Shown here: piece by piece, positions 53,545 to 62,549 of the stretch
Layout: every line of letters starts with the position of its first letter
How positions within the stretch are numbered: the first letter of the stretch is position 1
Origin: a virus
Strand: one strand, 5' to 3'
Length of the DNA stretch: 64,000 nucleotides
Virus record (IMG/VR): IMGVR_UViG_3300037488_001841
Coordinates: 1-64,000 of that record
Made by a program: the position numbers and the translations under genes
Notes under the pieces: model-generated
Seen by the model: the letters and a program-made list of their open reading frames with translations, nothing else
The model's database searches: none
What the model was told of the DNA's origin: nothing

Positions 53545-53766
53545 TTATATATTTAAAGTATCTGTTACGATACAATCATTATTATCCACCACTTTTACAA
53601 CAAATTGAGTTAAACTTCCATATACTACCGGAATATTAAAACTATATGGTAAATCAACCGTATTAATGGTTGAAACATAAATACAAGTTGTTATAGGAGA
53701 ATCACACACATAAACATCAAATGGTTGTGCTCCGGTAACATTGTTAATTGTTATATTTGTTGGCAT
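53545..53766 (-). CDS. Small stand-alone SprB/Ig-like protein
   Basis: MPTNITINNVTGAQPFDVYVC...VKVVDNNDC; ATG lies 3 nt after minus-strand TATTTATA. Confidence 0.65.
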   Translation of the reverse strand: MPTNITINNVTGAQPFDVYVCDSPITTCIYVSTINTVDLPYSFNIPVVYGSLTQFVVKVVDNNDCIVTDTLNI

Positions 53767-53838
53767 ATCTATAAATATAGAACTTATCAAAAACTTGTGA
53801 AGTTGATATGTTCTTTTATTTTGTCTATATTACTAAAA

Positions 53839-54738
53839 ATGGATGAAAGCGAAGCAATAGTTGAATTACTTGAGGATCTTTTAGGGGATCATGGATTACA
53901 TTATCCAAATAGGGGACAAATATCCTTTAATTGTCCTGTGTGCGATGAGGGTAGAAATAAACATAACTTAGAAATTAACTATATAAATAATGTTTATAAA
54001 TGTTGGTCGTGTGGTGATGTTGATGGAACTCACGGTTCTTTAGGTAAATTGTTTGATAAGTATGGTAACAGAAAATTAAAAAAATTATTCAATGTATTAA
54101 AACCTGAAACCGTACTACCAAAAAAACGAAGAACAAAAAAATTAACTTTACCTGAAGGATTTACCTTATTTAAAGAATCAAGTCCGGTATATCCTGTGAG
54201 AAGACAGGCGTATAATTACTTAATGAGTAGGGGTATAACCGATGAAATTATTGAAAAGTATAATATTGGTTTTTGTGATCGTGGGGATCATTTAGGTAGA
54301 ATTGTTGTTCCATCGTATAATAGTAATGGAGATTTAAATTATTACATTGCAAGAAGTTGGGATCCAAAAAGTAGATTTAAATATAAAAACCCTGAGGCAG
54401 AAAAAGATAAAATCATCTTCAACGAAAGATTAATTGATTGGGATAAAGACATTTATTTAGTGGAAGGGGTTTTTGATGGGTTCTTCTTAGATAATTCAAT
54501 CCCGATGTTAGGTAAACATATGTCGGAAGTTTTATTTGAGAAAATTTACACAAAGTCAAAAGGTGATATAATTATAACTCTTGATGGTGATGCTTGGGAT
54601 AATGCAGTTAAACTGTATCGTGAGTTAAATGGTGGTGAATTATATGATAGAATAAAAATTGTTCATTTACCATTAGATAAGGATGTTTGTGATTTAAGAG
54701 GAAAAATTGAAGATTTTTTTGTAAAAATTAGGGATTAA
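53839..54738 (+). CDS. DNA primase (Zn finger + TOPRIM; gp61/DnaG-like)
   Basis: CPVC...CWSC; YL.SRGI; RIVVP; KYKNP; LVEGVFD; LDGDA; KD..D; start moved to ATG 53839. Confidence 0.9.
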   Translation: MDESEAIVELLEDLLGDHGLHYPNRGQISFNCPVCDEGRNKHNLEINYINNVYKCWSCGDVDGTHGSLGKLFDKYGNRKLKKLFNVLKPETVLPKKRRTKKLTLPEGFTLFKESSPVYPVRRQAYNYLMSRGITDEIIEKYNIGFCDRGDHLGRIVVPSYNSNGDLNYYIARSWDPKSRFKYKNPEAEKDKIIFNERLIDWDKDIYLVEGVFDGFFLDNSIPMLGKHMSEVLFEKIYTKSKGDIIITLDGDAWDNAVKLYRELNGGELYDRIKIVHLPLDKDVCDLRGKIEDFFVKIRD

Positions 54739-54751
54739 TGAAAAAAAGTAT

Positions 54752-54759
54752 TATCTTTG
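54752..54759 (+). promoter_or_regulatory. Bacteroidota-type -7 promoter element
   Basis: TATCTTTG about 20 nt upstream of ATG 54779. Confidence 0.55.
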
Positions 54760-54778
54760 TTGGATTAAACATATAATT

Positions 54779-55633
54779 ATGGATTTAAAAGAAGTTGCTA
54801 AAGAGATAAGAGAGATTATTTCTCACAAACAAAAAGAACTTAATTTGACTTTTGAGGAAGATTCTCACAAGTATACAATGATAGATGTTGATGGTAAATT
54901 AAGAGACGATTTCCCATCGGTATCAAAAGTTTTAAAATCTTTTTATGAAGAGTTTGACTCTGAAGGTATTTCATATAGAAAGGCAAATGGTGATCCTTAT
55001 GAACAACAACGATTATTGGAAGAGTGGGCGGCCGCTGGTGAATATTCGGTTAACATAGGATCTCGTTCTCACTTCTTCTTAGAAGAACATACCTTAAATG
55101 AATTTGGTCTTGAAAAAGAATTAAGACAACCTGTTTTTAAGTGTGATGCCGAACAAATAGTTAAGAGTGATACTATGATTGTTGCGGGTAAAAATTACAT
55201 TGAGTTACTTAAAGAACGAGGATGTGTATTATTAGATACGGAGATTGTTTTAGGACACCCTGAATTAGGGTATACGGGTCAACCTGATAAGGTTTGGTTA
55301 GTTATTGGTGTTAATGGTCAAGTTGGTATTTTAATTACCGACTGGAAGACAAACAAACCGAAAAACTTTGAGACAAATAAATTTACAAAACAGATGAAAA
55401 AACCATTAACTCATCTACCTGATAATGCTCTTGGTCACTATAAAACTCAATTACCATTATACGGTAAGTTATTACTTAAAATGTTGGAAGGGTCTAAATA
55501 CGAGAATATTCCGTTGTTAGGTTGTATTATTGTTTTGATAACTGAAGAAAGAGAGTATGTTGAACATAGAGTTGATAAAAAGACAATTAATACTATCTTA
55601 GAGATGGATGTTAAACAATATTTGAAAAAATAA
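54779..55633 (+). CDS. PD-(D/E)xK exonuclease (RecB/Cas4-like fold)
   Basis: H.Y...PSVS; GSRSH..LE; E..L; GQPD; DWKT; Y..QL.LY. Confidence 0.8.
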   Translation: MDLKEVAKEIREIISHKQKELNLTFEEDSHKYTMIDVDGKLRDDFPSVSKVLKSFYEEFDSEGISYRKANGDPYEQQRLLEEWAAAGEYSVNIGSRSHFFLEEHTLNEFGLEKELRQPVFKCDAEQIVKSDTMIVAGKNYIELLKERGCVLLDTEIVLGHPELGYTGQPDKVWLVIGVNGQVGILITDWKTNKPKNFETNKFTKQMKKPLTHLPDNALGHYKTQLPLYGKLLLKMLEGSKYENIPLLGCIIVLITEEREYVEHRVDKKTINTILEMDVKQYLKK

Positions 55634-55652
55634 ACTTAAAAAAATATATTAA

Positions 55653-55865
55653 ATGGATGATATTTTAAAACCTAGAATTGACCTTAAACAACAACCAACA
55701 ATCACTTGTGAGGATTGTGGATCAAAGTACTTCAAAGAAGTAGTATTATTAAAAAAAGTACCAAAATTATTAACCGGAAGTTCAGAAGATACAATTGTAC
55801 CATTCCCAACATATATGTGTAATTCGTGTGGGTTTGTTAATGAAGACTTCATATTATTTGATTAA
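55653..55865 (+). CDS. Zinc-ribbon protein
   Basis: CEDCG...CNSCG. Confidence 0.75.
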   Translation: MDDILKPRIDLKQQPTITCEDCGSKYFKEVVLLKKVPKLLTGSSEDTIVPFPTYMCNSCGFVNEDFILFD

Positions 55866-55866
55866 A

Positions 55867-56013
55867 ATGGAAATTGGAAAAATGACAATAAGTGAGGTGT
55901 ATCCTCATTTGAAAACTATATCGCTTGCGTATGGTTTAAGATTAAACAGATCTAAAGATTTTAAGTTAGCAAGAATTATTTTAGCAAACCTTTATAGTAG
56001 AGAATTAGTATGA
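55867..56013 (+). CDS. Small hypothetical protein
   Basis: ATG 55867 follows the preceding stop; overlaps the next ORF (ATGA). Confidence 0.5.
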   Translation: MEIGKMTISEVYPHLKTISLAYGLRLNRSKDFKLARIILANLYSRELV

Positions 56014-56252
56014 CACATAAAGAATTTTACATTTGGTTAGATGGGTATCTAACAGGTAAACTTGAAAATAAACACATAGATATTGTACCTATTGTTGAAA
56101 AAATGAATGAGGTTAAAGATGAACCACAGGAGTCAGTTAAGATTACTCCATTTGAAAGAATACCAGTACCAATTAACCCTTTTCCAAAGATAGATCCATA
56201 CTCACCACCATATGAAGTTTATTGTGGAACAAAAGAACAATTAAACGATTAA
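56010..56252 (+). CDS. Hypothetical phage protein
   Basis: MT..EF..WL.GY N-terminus, common in phage small ORFs. Confidence 0.65.
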   Translation: MTHKEFYIWLDGYLTGKLENKHIDIVPIVEKMNEVKDEPQESVKITPFERIPVPINPFPKIDPYSPPYEVYCGTKEQLND

Positions 56253-56267
56253 ACGATTAAAAAAAAT

Positions 56268-56462
56268 ATGAAACAAGAAATTAATGAGTTGTCAATAACT
56301 CAACAAATTAAAACCCAATTAGAAAACTCTAACTTAGATGTTGTTATCACACCGGTTATGTATGACCCAAACGACTTTACACCTGTGTTAGGTGTATTAG
56401 TAAAAAACGAAGATTCAAGTTATAGTAGAAAATACACAATAACGGTTAAACCGAACAATTAA
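56268..56462 (+). CDS. Hypothetical protein
   Basis: In-operon ORF with A-rich leader. Confidence 0.55.
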   Translation: MKQEINELSITQQIKTQLENSNLDVVITPVMYDPNDFTPVLGVLVKNEDSSYSRKYTITVKPNN

Positions 56463-57242
56463 ATGATTAAGAAAATAGTACACTTTTCTGATTTACATAT
56501 CAGATTATTTAAAGATCACGATTTATACCGATCAATATTAGAGACGGCAATTGAACAATGGAGAGAATTAGAGCCTGACCGTATTATATTTACGGGTGAT
56601 TTAGTTCATTCTAAAAACCAAATAACACCCGAACTTATTGAGATTGTGGCTTGGATTTTAACTGAATGTTCATTCATTGCTAAAACTGTTATTATACCTG
56701 GTAACCACGACTTTTTGGTAAACAATACCGAAAGATTAGATGCTCTTACTCCTATTATTAATTCATTAAGAAATGAGGATATTGTGTACTACCGAGATAG
56801 AGGTGTGTATGAGGATGAGAATATTAGTTGGTGTGTCTATTCACAATATCAGGCGAACATTCCACCAGATTTGAATGTTGCTACGGGAATTAAAATTGGT
56901 TTATTTCACGGACCAATCCAAGGAATGAAAACCGATCTTGGTTTTGATTTTGGAGAAGAAGCGTATGATGTGGATAAGTTCAACGGACTTGAAGCAGTAC
57001 TATGTGGTGATATACATAAAAGACAGGAATTCAAATTCAAAACCGGTAAAGGTTATATGATTGGAAGCCCTATTCAACAGAATATTGGAGAAAGTATTGG
57101 CAAACATGGATATGGTATTTATGACATTGTCACAAAAGAATATTCGTATGTTGATCTACCGAACCCAAAACCATTTTTAAAGTTCTCCATAAAATCATTT
57201 GAAGACATTGAAAATGGAACAGAAAAACTCCAAAATATTTAG
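56463..57242 (+). CDS. Mre11/SbcD (gp47-like) metallophosphoesterase nuclease
   Basis: SDLH, TGDLVH, PGNHD, FHG, GDIH, GSPIQQNIGE. Confidence 0.9.
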   Translation: MIKKIVHFSDLHIRLFKDHDLYRSILETAIEQWRELEPDRIIFTGDLVHSKNQITPELIEIVAWILTECSFIAKTVIIPGNHDFLVNNTERLDALTPIINSLRNEDIVYYRDRGVYEDENISWCVYSQYQANIPPDLNVATGIKIGLFHGPIQGMKTDLGFDFGEEAYDVDKFNGLEAVLCGDIHKRQEFKFKTGKGYMIGSPIQQNIGESIGKHGYGIYDIVTKEYSYVDLPNPKPFLKFSIKSFEDIENGTEKLQNI

Positions 57243-57828
57243 TAAGGAAACGATTCAGTCAGTAACGGCATTTTGTGAATCCCAAGAAATAAAAGACGTA
57301 AACAACTTTATGTATTTATGTTTCAAACAAGGGTTTGATATAAAGAAATATGGATTTTTAGGGGAAACCGAACAAGAAAAAATAATAGAAGTTCCTATTG
57401 AAATCATTAAAGAGGTTGAGAAAATAGTTGAGGTTCCTGTTGAAAAAGTTGTCACAAAAATAGAATACATTCGTGACAAAAATAATGAAAACGAACTTGG
57501 TGAAAAAATTACCAAGTTGGAAAAAGAAATGTCTAAAAAGGATGAAGAATTAGATCAACTTAGACGTAATTTAGACATTATTTTAGACGAACCACCAGTT
57601 GAAATAATCAAAGAGGTGGAGAAAATAGTAGAAGTCATTAAAGAGGTTGAGAAACCGAATGATAGGATGGAAATGTTACAAGAAACATTACTTACCTTAA
57701 GAAAAGAACTTCAAACAAAAAACGAAAGAATAAAAGAATTAGAAAAAATAAACCGAGATCTTGAGAATCTCAGTTCACAAAAAGGTGCTGTTTTTCTTAG
57801 GGGATCAAATTTAAACAATAGATTATGA
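57214..57828 (+). CDS. Coiled-coil protein with EKIVEVP repeats
   Basis: EKIIEVPIEIIKEVEKIVEVPVEKVV and PVEIIKEVEKIVEVIKEVEK. Confidence 0.65.
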   Translation: MEQKNSKIFSKETIQSVTAFCESQEIKDVNNFMYLCFKQGFDIKKYGFLGETEQEKIIEVPIEIIKEVEKIVEVPVEKVVTKIEYIRDKNNENELGEKITKLEKEMSKKDEELDQLRRNLDIILDEPPVEIIKEVEKIVEVIKEVEKPNDRMEMLQETLLTLRKELQTKNERIKELEKINRDLENLSSQKGAVFLRGSNLNNRL

Positions 57829-58178
57829 TAGAATTATTAATTTGGATGATTGTGGCATATGGTATGACCACAATATTAGTGTATGGATCAATCTTTAATG
57901 GGTTGAGAAATAATATTAAAAAAGCGGGTAGTAATGAAGGATGGTTCTTAACTAGACCATTTTTTAAATTTGTATCTGACTTAATTTCTTGTATGTTATG
58001 TACGGGAACATGGGTAGGGTTTTTCCTATCATTAACTTTTTATTCACCAATTTCACATTTTATTGGACTTAATGAATATTATTCTGTATTCTTTGATGGA
58101 ATGTTATCCGCAGGTTCAGTTTGGGGGATTAACGCAATAATTGAATGGTTTGAGGAAAATAGACCAAGTAATAAATAA
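57825..58178 (+). CDS. Small membrane protein (DUF1360-like)
   Basis: Three hydrophobic segments; L.SCMLCTGTWVG motif. Confidence 0.65.
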   Translation: MIELLIWMIVAYGMTTILVYGSIFNGLRNNIKKAGSNEGWFLTRPFFKFVSDLISCMLCTGTWVGFFLSLTFYSPISHFIGLNEYYSVFFDGMLSAGSVWGINAIIEWFEENRPSNK

Positions 58179-58195
58179 TAACAAATAATATAACA

Positions 58196-58438
58196 ATGGG
58201 AAAAGCGGCAAAGGCTCACAGAGCAAAAGTGGAAAAACGAAACAGAATAATTGCACAAGACAAATACGCAATGAATAAGGCGATTGAACGAATGTTTGAG
58301 GCACGAAAAATGGCAATGGAAAATGAAGAAAACCTAAATGTTGAGTTAAACGGACAAGAATTAGGGTTTCAAGTTGTTGAAGAAGTAGAGGTTAATGAAC
58401 CACAAGTTGAAGACCAAGTTTCTGAGTTAGAAAAATAA
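58196..58438 (+). CDS. Hypothetical protein (basic N-terminus, acidic C-terminus)
   Basis: In-operon ORF. Confidence 0.6.
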   Translation: MGKAAKAHRAKVEKRNRIIAQDKYAMNKAIERMFEARKMAMENEENLNVELNGQELGFQVVEEVEVNEPQVEDQVSELEK

Positions 58439-58440
58439 AA

Positions 58441-60816
58441 ATGGATTTATTTAATCCCCCAAAATTATTTAATTACAATATAATGATAAAAGATTTAGAT
58501 TTTTCTACGTTTGAAAACCCATCAATACAAGTTGTATGGGAAGACTTACCTGAAAATTTCACACAAGACAAGATTAAGAGTGTTAAACATTATTTCCAAA
58601 AGAAATATAACACGACTAATGTGAATGTATTAACTAAGGTTAAAAACATTGAGAAAGATAGTATGCAAACTATTGATGTATCGGTGAATGTTGCTGATGT
58701 TAATTACCAACTTGACTTGTTGAAAAAATTCTTGGAATCAAAAGGTTATGACGGTCACTTGGATGATGTTTTAGGGATCAACAGAATGGTTGAGAACAAA
58801 ATGCAAGAAGAGGAAGTTGAAACCACACAATTCAAGAAATGGTATATCAGAAACATAGAGTTCTCTAATTTCTTATCATATGGTGAGAACCAAAGATTGG
58901 ATTTTGATAAGTGTGATGGTGTTGTGGTTGTAGAATCAAACCCACCAAACTTTGGGGGAAAAACAGTTCTTACGGTGGATTTGTTAATGTTCTTATTTTT
59001 TAATGAGACGACAAAAACTACTAAAGCGGAGGAGATCTTCAACCGATTTACTGACAAAAATAAAGTAACGGTTAAAGGTGAAATCACAATTGATGGTGAG
59101 GAGTACATTATAGTTAGAAACATTGAAAGAAAACTTTCTAAGAAAGGTGAATGGAATGTTAAGACGGAATTGGACTTCTTTAAAAAATTGGCTGACGGTA
59201 GTTTACAAAACTTCACCGGAGAACAAAGAAGGGAAACTGAGGCGTTCATTAAGAATTCCATCGGTACAAAGGAAGATTTCCTTATGACCATTTTAACTAC
59301 GGCAACAAACCTTGAGGAATTGTTGGAATCAAAACCAACGGCAAGAGGTCAAGTGTTGTCTCGTTTTATGGGACTTGAGTTTTTGAAACGGAAAGAGGAA
59401 GTTGCAAAAGAAGTTTATTCGGACTTTAACAAATCAAAATTATCTAATCTTTATAATTCTGAAATGTTGAAAACGGATAATAAAACTTATGTAACTCAAA
59501 TCGCTGAATTAAATGATCAAATTGAGGTATTAAAAACAGAGATTGGTGATGTTGATGAGAAAATCCTGAAAGGGAAAGAGTATCGCGACGATATGTTGAA
59601 GAAAAAACACGGAGACATTGACCATGAAATCAGTTTGATGAACCCGACTAAAACTCAGGAGGAAATTGATTCTTTGGAACGAGAGAAAACAGGGTTTCAA
59701 AATAAATCAGAAGAACTTAAAGTTATTGAACCAAAAGAATTTTATCACGAAGACCAACATGATAAAATTAAAGAGGAGTATAACGATACCTTTAAGTTGA
59801 AAATTGAGCTTGATACACAGATCAATGAAATTGAGAAATTGAAAAGTTCTGTGAGTGATGGTATCAAATGTGAGCACTGTGGAATTGAGTTAATGAATGC
59901 TTCAATAACCCAACAAAAAATTAGTCAACTTGCCGATTATATCATGCATAGAGACCAAAAAACAACCTTAATGACGGATTTATCAGGCAGAGAACAACAG
60001 TTCGTACAACTTAAGAAAGATTTTGATGAGTATGAAAAAAATAAACTTATCAAAGAAAAATATGAGTTAAGTGTTGAAAGTTGTGATTTGAAGATTGGGA
60101 CTTTAAAAGGTAAATTGGATAGTTGGGGTAAAGTTCAGGATAAAATCAAAGAGAACACTAAAATTGATGAAATGTTGATTAAGGCGGATCTAAGATTGGA
60201 TGAACTTGAAAACATTAAAAAGAATAAAAATTCTCAAATTTCAAATAACGAATATCAAATCAAATCTTTGGATGAAAAGATTGTTAATAACAAAGGGTTG
60301 ATTGATAAGATTAAGTTAGAAGAGGGTAGAGAAAAAATCTACAAGATTTATTTAGAGGCGTACGGTAAAAATGGGTTATCAAAAATCATTATGAAAACAA
60401 TGATGCCGTTGATTAACTCAGAACTACAAAGATTGATGGAAGATAGTTGTTACTTCAAATTAGAAATTAGAATTAATGACAAAAATGAAGTTGAATTTTT
60501 GATGGTGGATAATAGTACTGGTATTGAAAAATTAATGGTTTCAGGATCGGGTTACGAAAGAACAATTGCTTCTTTAGCTTTACGTTCTGTACTTACTAAG
60601 ATCTGTACTTTACCCAAACCAAATTTGGTCGTTATGGATGAGGTGTTTGGAAAAATATCTAATGATAACCTAGAAATGGTATCTGAGTTCTTCCAAAAAA
60701 TTAAAGAGTATTTTGGTAAAGTGTTCCTAATTAGCCATAACCCAATGATTAGTCAGTGGGGTGATACTATTGTAAAAATTGAAAAGGAAAATAATGTGTC
60801 AAGAGTGTTAAATTAA
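58441..60816 (+). CDS. Rad50/SbcC (gp46-like) ATPase
   Basis: IEFSNFLSYG, NFGGKT (Walker A), coiled coil with CEHC Zn hook, SGSGYE signature, VVMDEVFG (Walker B), ISH. Confidence 0.9.
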   Translation: MDLFNPPKLFNYNIMIKDLDFSTFENPSIQVVWEDLPENFTQDKIKSVKHYFQKKYNTTNVNVLTKVKNIEKDSMQTIDVSVNVADVNYQLDLLKKFLESKGYDGHLDDVLGINRMVENKMQEEEVETTQFKKWYIRNIEFSNFLSYGENQRLDFDKCDGVVVVESNPPNFGGKTVLTVDLLMFLFFNETTKTTKAEEIFNRFTDKNKVTVKGEITIDGEEYIIVRNIERKLSKKGEWNVKTELDFFKKLADGSLQNFTGEQRRETEAFIKNSIGTKEDFLMTILTTATNLEELLESKPTARGQVLSRFMGLEFLKRKEEVAKEVYSDFNKSKLSNLYNSEMLKTDNKTYVTQIAELNDQIEVLKTEIGDVDEKILKGKEYRDDMLKKKHGDIDHEISLMNPTKTQEEIDSLEREKTGFQNKSEELKVIEPKEFYHEDQHDKIKEEYNDTFKLKIELDTQINEIEKLKSSVSDGIKCEHCGIELMNASITQQKISQLADYIMHRDQKTTLMTDLSGREQQFVQLKKDFDEYEKNKLIKEKYELSVESCDLKIGTLKGKLDSWGKVQDKIKENTKIDEMLIKADLRLDELENIKKNKNSQISNNEYQIKSLDEKIVNNKGLIDKIKLEEGREKIYKIYLEAYGKNGLSKIIMKTMMPLINSELQRLMEDSCYFKLEIRINDKNEVEFLMVDNSTGIEKLMVSGSGYERTIASLALRSVLTKICTLPKPNLVVMDEVFGKISNDNLEMVSEFFQKIKEYFGKVFLISHNPMISQWGDTIVKIEKENNVSRVLN

Positions 60817-60824
60817 TATAAAAA

Positions 60825-61436
60825 ATGTCTTTAGTAAAAATTTCTAATAAGTATTATAAATTAGATAAAATATCAAATCCTTGGATTGGATCTAAATATG
60901 AATATATTAGAGATGCGGGTACCGACATAACGGGTAAAATTGGTGAGGAATTTATTTATGAATTATTCTTAAAAATATTTGATGGTTGGGAAATATTTTG
61001 GGATAAAGATAAAAATACCGGACAAAAAGATGGTGTTTACGATATTAAATTAATTAATAGTAAATATAATATAACTTTAAGGATTGAGGTAAAAACTGCA
61101 ACCCAAGGAAAGGACGGTGGGTTCCAACATGAAAAAATATTAGGTAATGAATTTTGTGATAAATTATTATTTTTAGATATTAACCCAAATGATTTCTACA
61201 TAACAATATTAGATGTTAATGAAATAGACTTTAATTGTAATGAAAAAACTATTTTAGGTAGAAAACTTCATAAACGATCTAATAGTGATCAAACTAAATT
61301 AGATTTTGGAGATAAAACAATTAAAAATGGTTTAAAGTTGGGGAAAACTATTTATATTACAGATGATGAGAATCTAAAACAAATAAAAAATTTAAAAGGA
61401 TTCTTAATAAAAAGTCTAACTGAAAAATATGGATAA
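60825..61436 (+). CDS. Putative type II restriction endonuclease (PD-(D/E)xK)
   Basis: GKIGEE...YDI...IEVKTA; overlaps the methyltransferase gene. Confidence 0.6.
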   Translation: MSLVKISNKYYKLDKISNPWIGSKYEYIRDAGTDITGKIGEEFIYELFLKIFDGWEIFWDKDKNTGQKDGVYDIKLINSKYNITLRIEVKTATQGKDGGFQHEKILGNEFCDKLLFLDINPNDFYITILDVNEIDFNCNEKTILGRKLHKRSNSDQTKLDFGDKTIKNGLKLGKTIYITDDENLKQIKNLKGFLIKSLTEKYG

Positions 61437-62460
61437 TATATATGAATTTTTTATTGAAATATTAAGTAAATATTCGATAGATCATATAAAAAAAGAATTG
61501 GATGTTAATAAAAATACGATTGAAAGGTGGAAAAAATTAAAAAAAATTCCTAAACAATATTATTTTGATCTTTGTAGGATTGATAATATCCCTATAAATT
61601 ATTCTGAATTTTCGGAAAAAGACAAAGATCAATTTTATACTAGTGTTGAAGATGCTAAAAAATGTATATTAATATCAAAAACAATTGTTGAAAAATTTGG
61701 AGATAATTTTGATAATTATAATTTTATAGAGCCATCCGCTGGAAATGGTAGTTTTTTTAATTTATTACCCCAAGATAAAGTGGTTGGGATAGACATTGAG
61801 CCAAAGTTGGATCAAATTATAGAAGGTGATTTCTTAAAATGGTACCCTGAAACTAATAATAATTTAACAATTGGTAATCCTCCATTTGGGTTAAGAGGTA
61901 ATTTGGCTTTGAAATTTATAAATCGAGCGGCTAAATTCTCAGAGTATGTGTGTTTTATACTACCTCAATTATTTGATAGTAATGGTAAAGGATCTTGTAA
62001 AAAAAGAGTTAGGGGTTTAAATTTAATACATACTGAAAATATTGGATCAACATATTTTTTACCGAATGGAGATGAAGTAATAGTTAATGCTATATTCCAA
62101 ATATGGTCTAAAAGACATAAAATTGATGAAAATGAGGTTGACATATCTGAATATGTGAAAATATTTTCATTATCTGATGGGGGTACTCCAGGGTCAACAA
62201 GAAATAAAGATATGTTAGATATGTGTGATTTTTATTTGCCGTCAACTTGTTTTGGGGTAGATAAAGTTAAAATTTATAATGACTTTGAATCTTTACCTCA
62301 AAGAAGAGGTTACGGTCTTAAAGTGGTTGATGGAAATGAAAGAATTGCGAAAATAATAACAGAAATAGAATGGAGTAACGTGGCATTCACCTCAACAAAT
62401 GGAGCTTATAATTTACGCTTTGATTTAATAGAATGGGCAATCTTTAAAAAAATAGTATAA
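61429..62460 (+). CDS. N6-adenine DNA methyltransferase with N-terminal HTH-like segment
   Basis: DQFYT, FIEPSAGNGSF (motif I), GIDI, IGNPPFG (motif IV); gamma-class motif order. Confidence 0.85.
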   Translation: MDNIYEFFIEILSKYSIDHIKKELDVNKNTIERWKKLKKIPKQYYFDLCRIDNIPINYSEFSEKDKDQFYTSVEDAKKCILISKTIVEKFGDNFDNYNFIEPSAGNGSFFNLLPQDKVVGIDIEPKLDQIIEGDFLKWYPETNNNLTIGNPPFGLRGNLALKFINRAAKFSEYVCFILPQLFDSNGKGSCKKRVRGLNLIHTENIGSTYFLPNGDEVIVNAIFQIWSKRHKIDENEVDISEYVKIFSLSDGGTPGSTRNKDMLDMCDFYLPSTCFGVDKVKIYNDFESLPQRRGYGLKVVDGNERIAKIITEIEWSNVAFTSTNGAYNLRFDLIEWAIFKKIV

Positions 62461-62494
62461 ATACCCAAAAAAATAGTATAAATACCCAAAAAAA
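62446..62494. repeat. 21-bp tandem duplication AAAAAAATAGTATAAATACCC x2
   Basis: Units at 62446-62466 and 62467-62487. Confidence 0.9.
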
Positions 62495-62549
62495 TTAGTA
62501 CTTATTCTATTTTTTGAGTATTTTTGTTGAAATAATTAAAACATAATAT

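Noticed and set aside
54779-55633. Cas4 / CRISPR-Cas locus
   Set aside because: No four-Cys Fe-S pattern, no other cas genes and no array; ordinary phage exonuclease context
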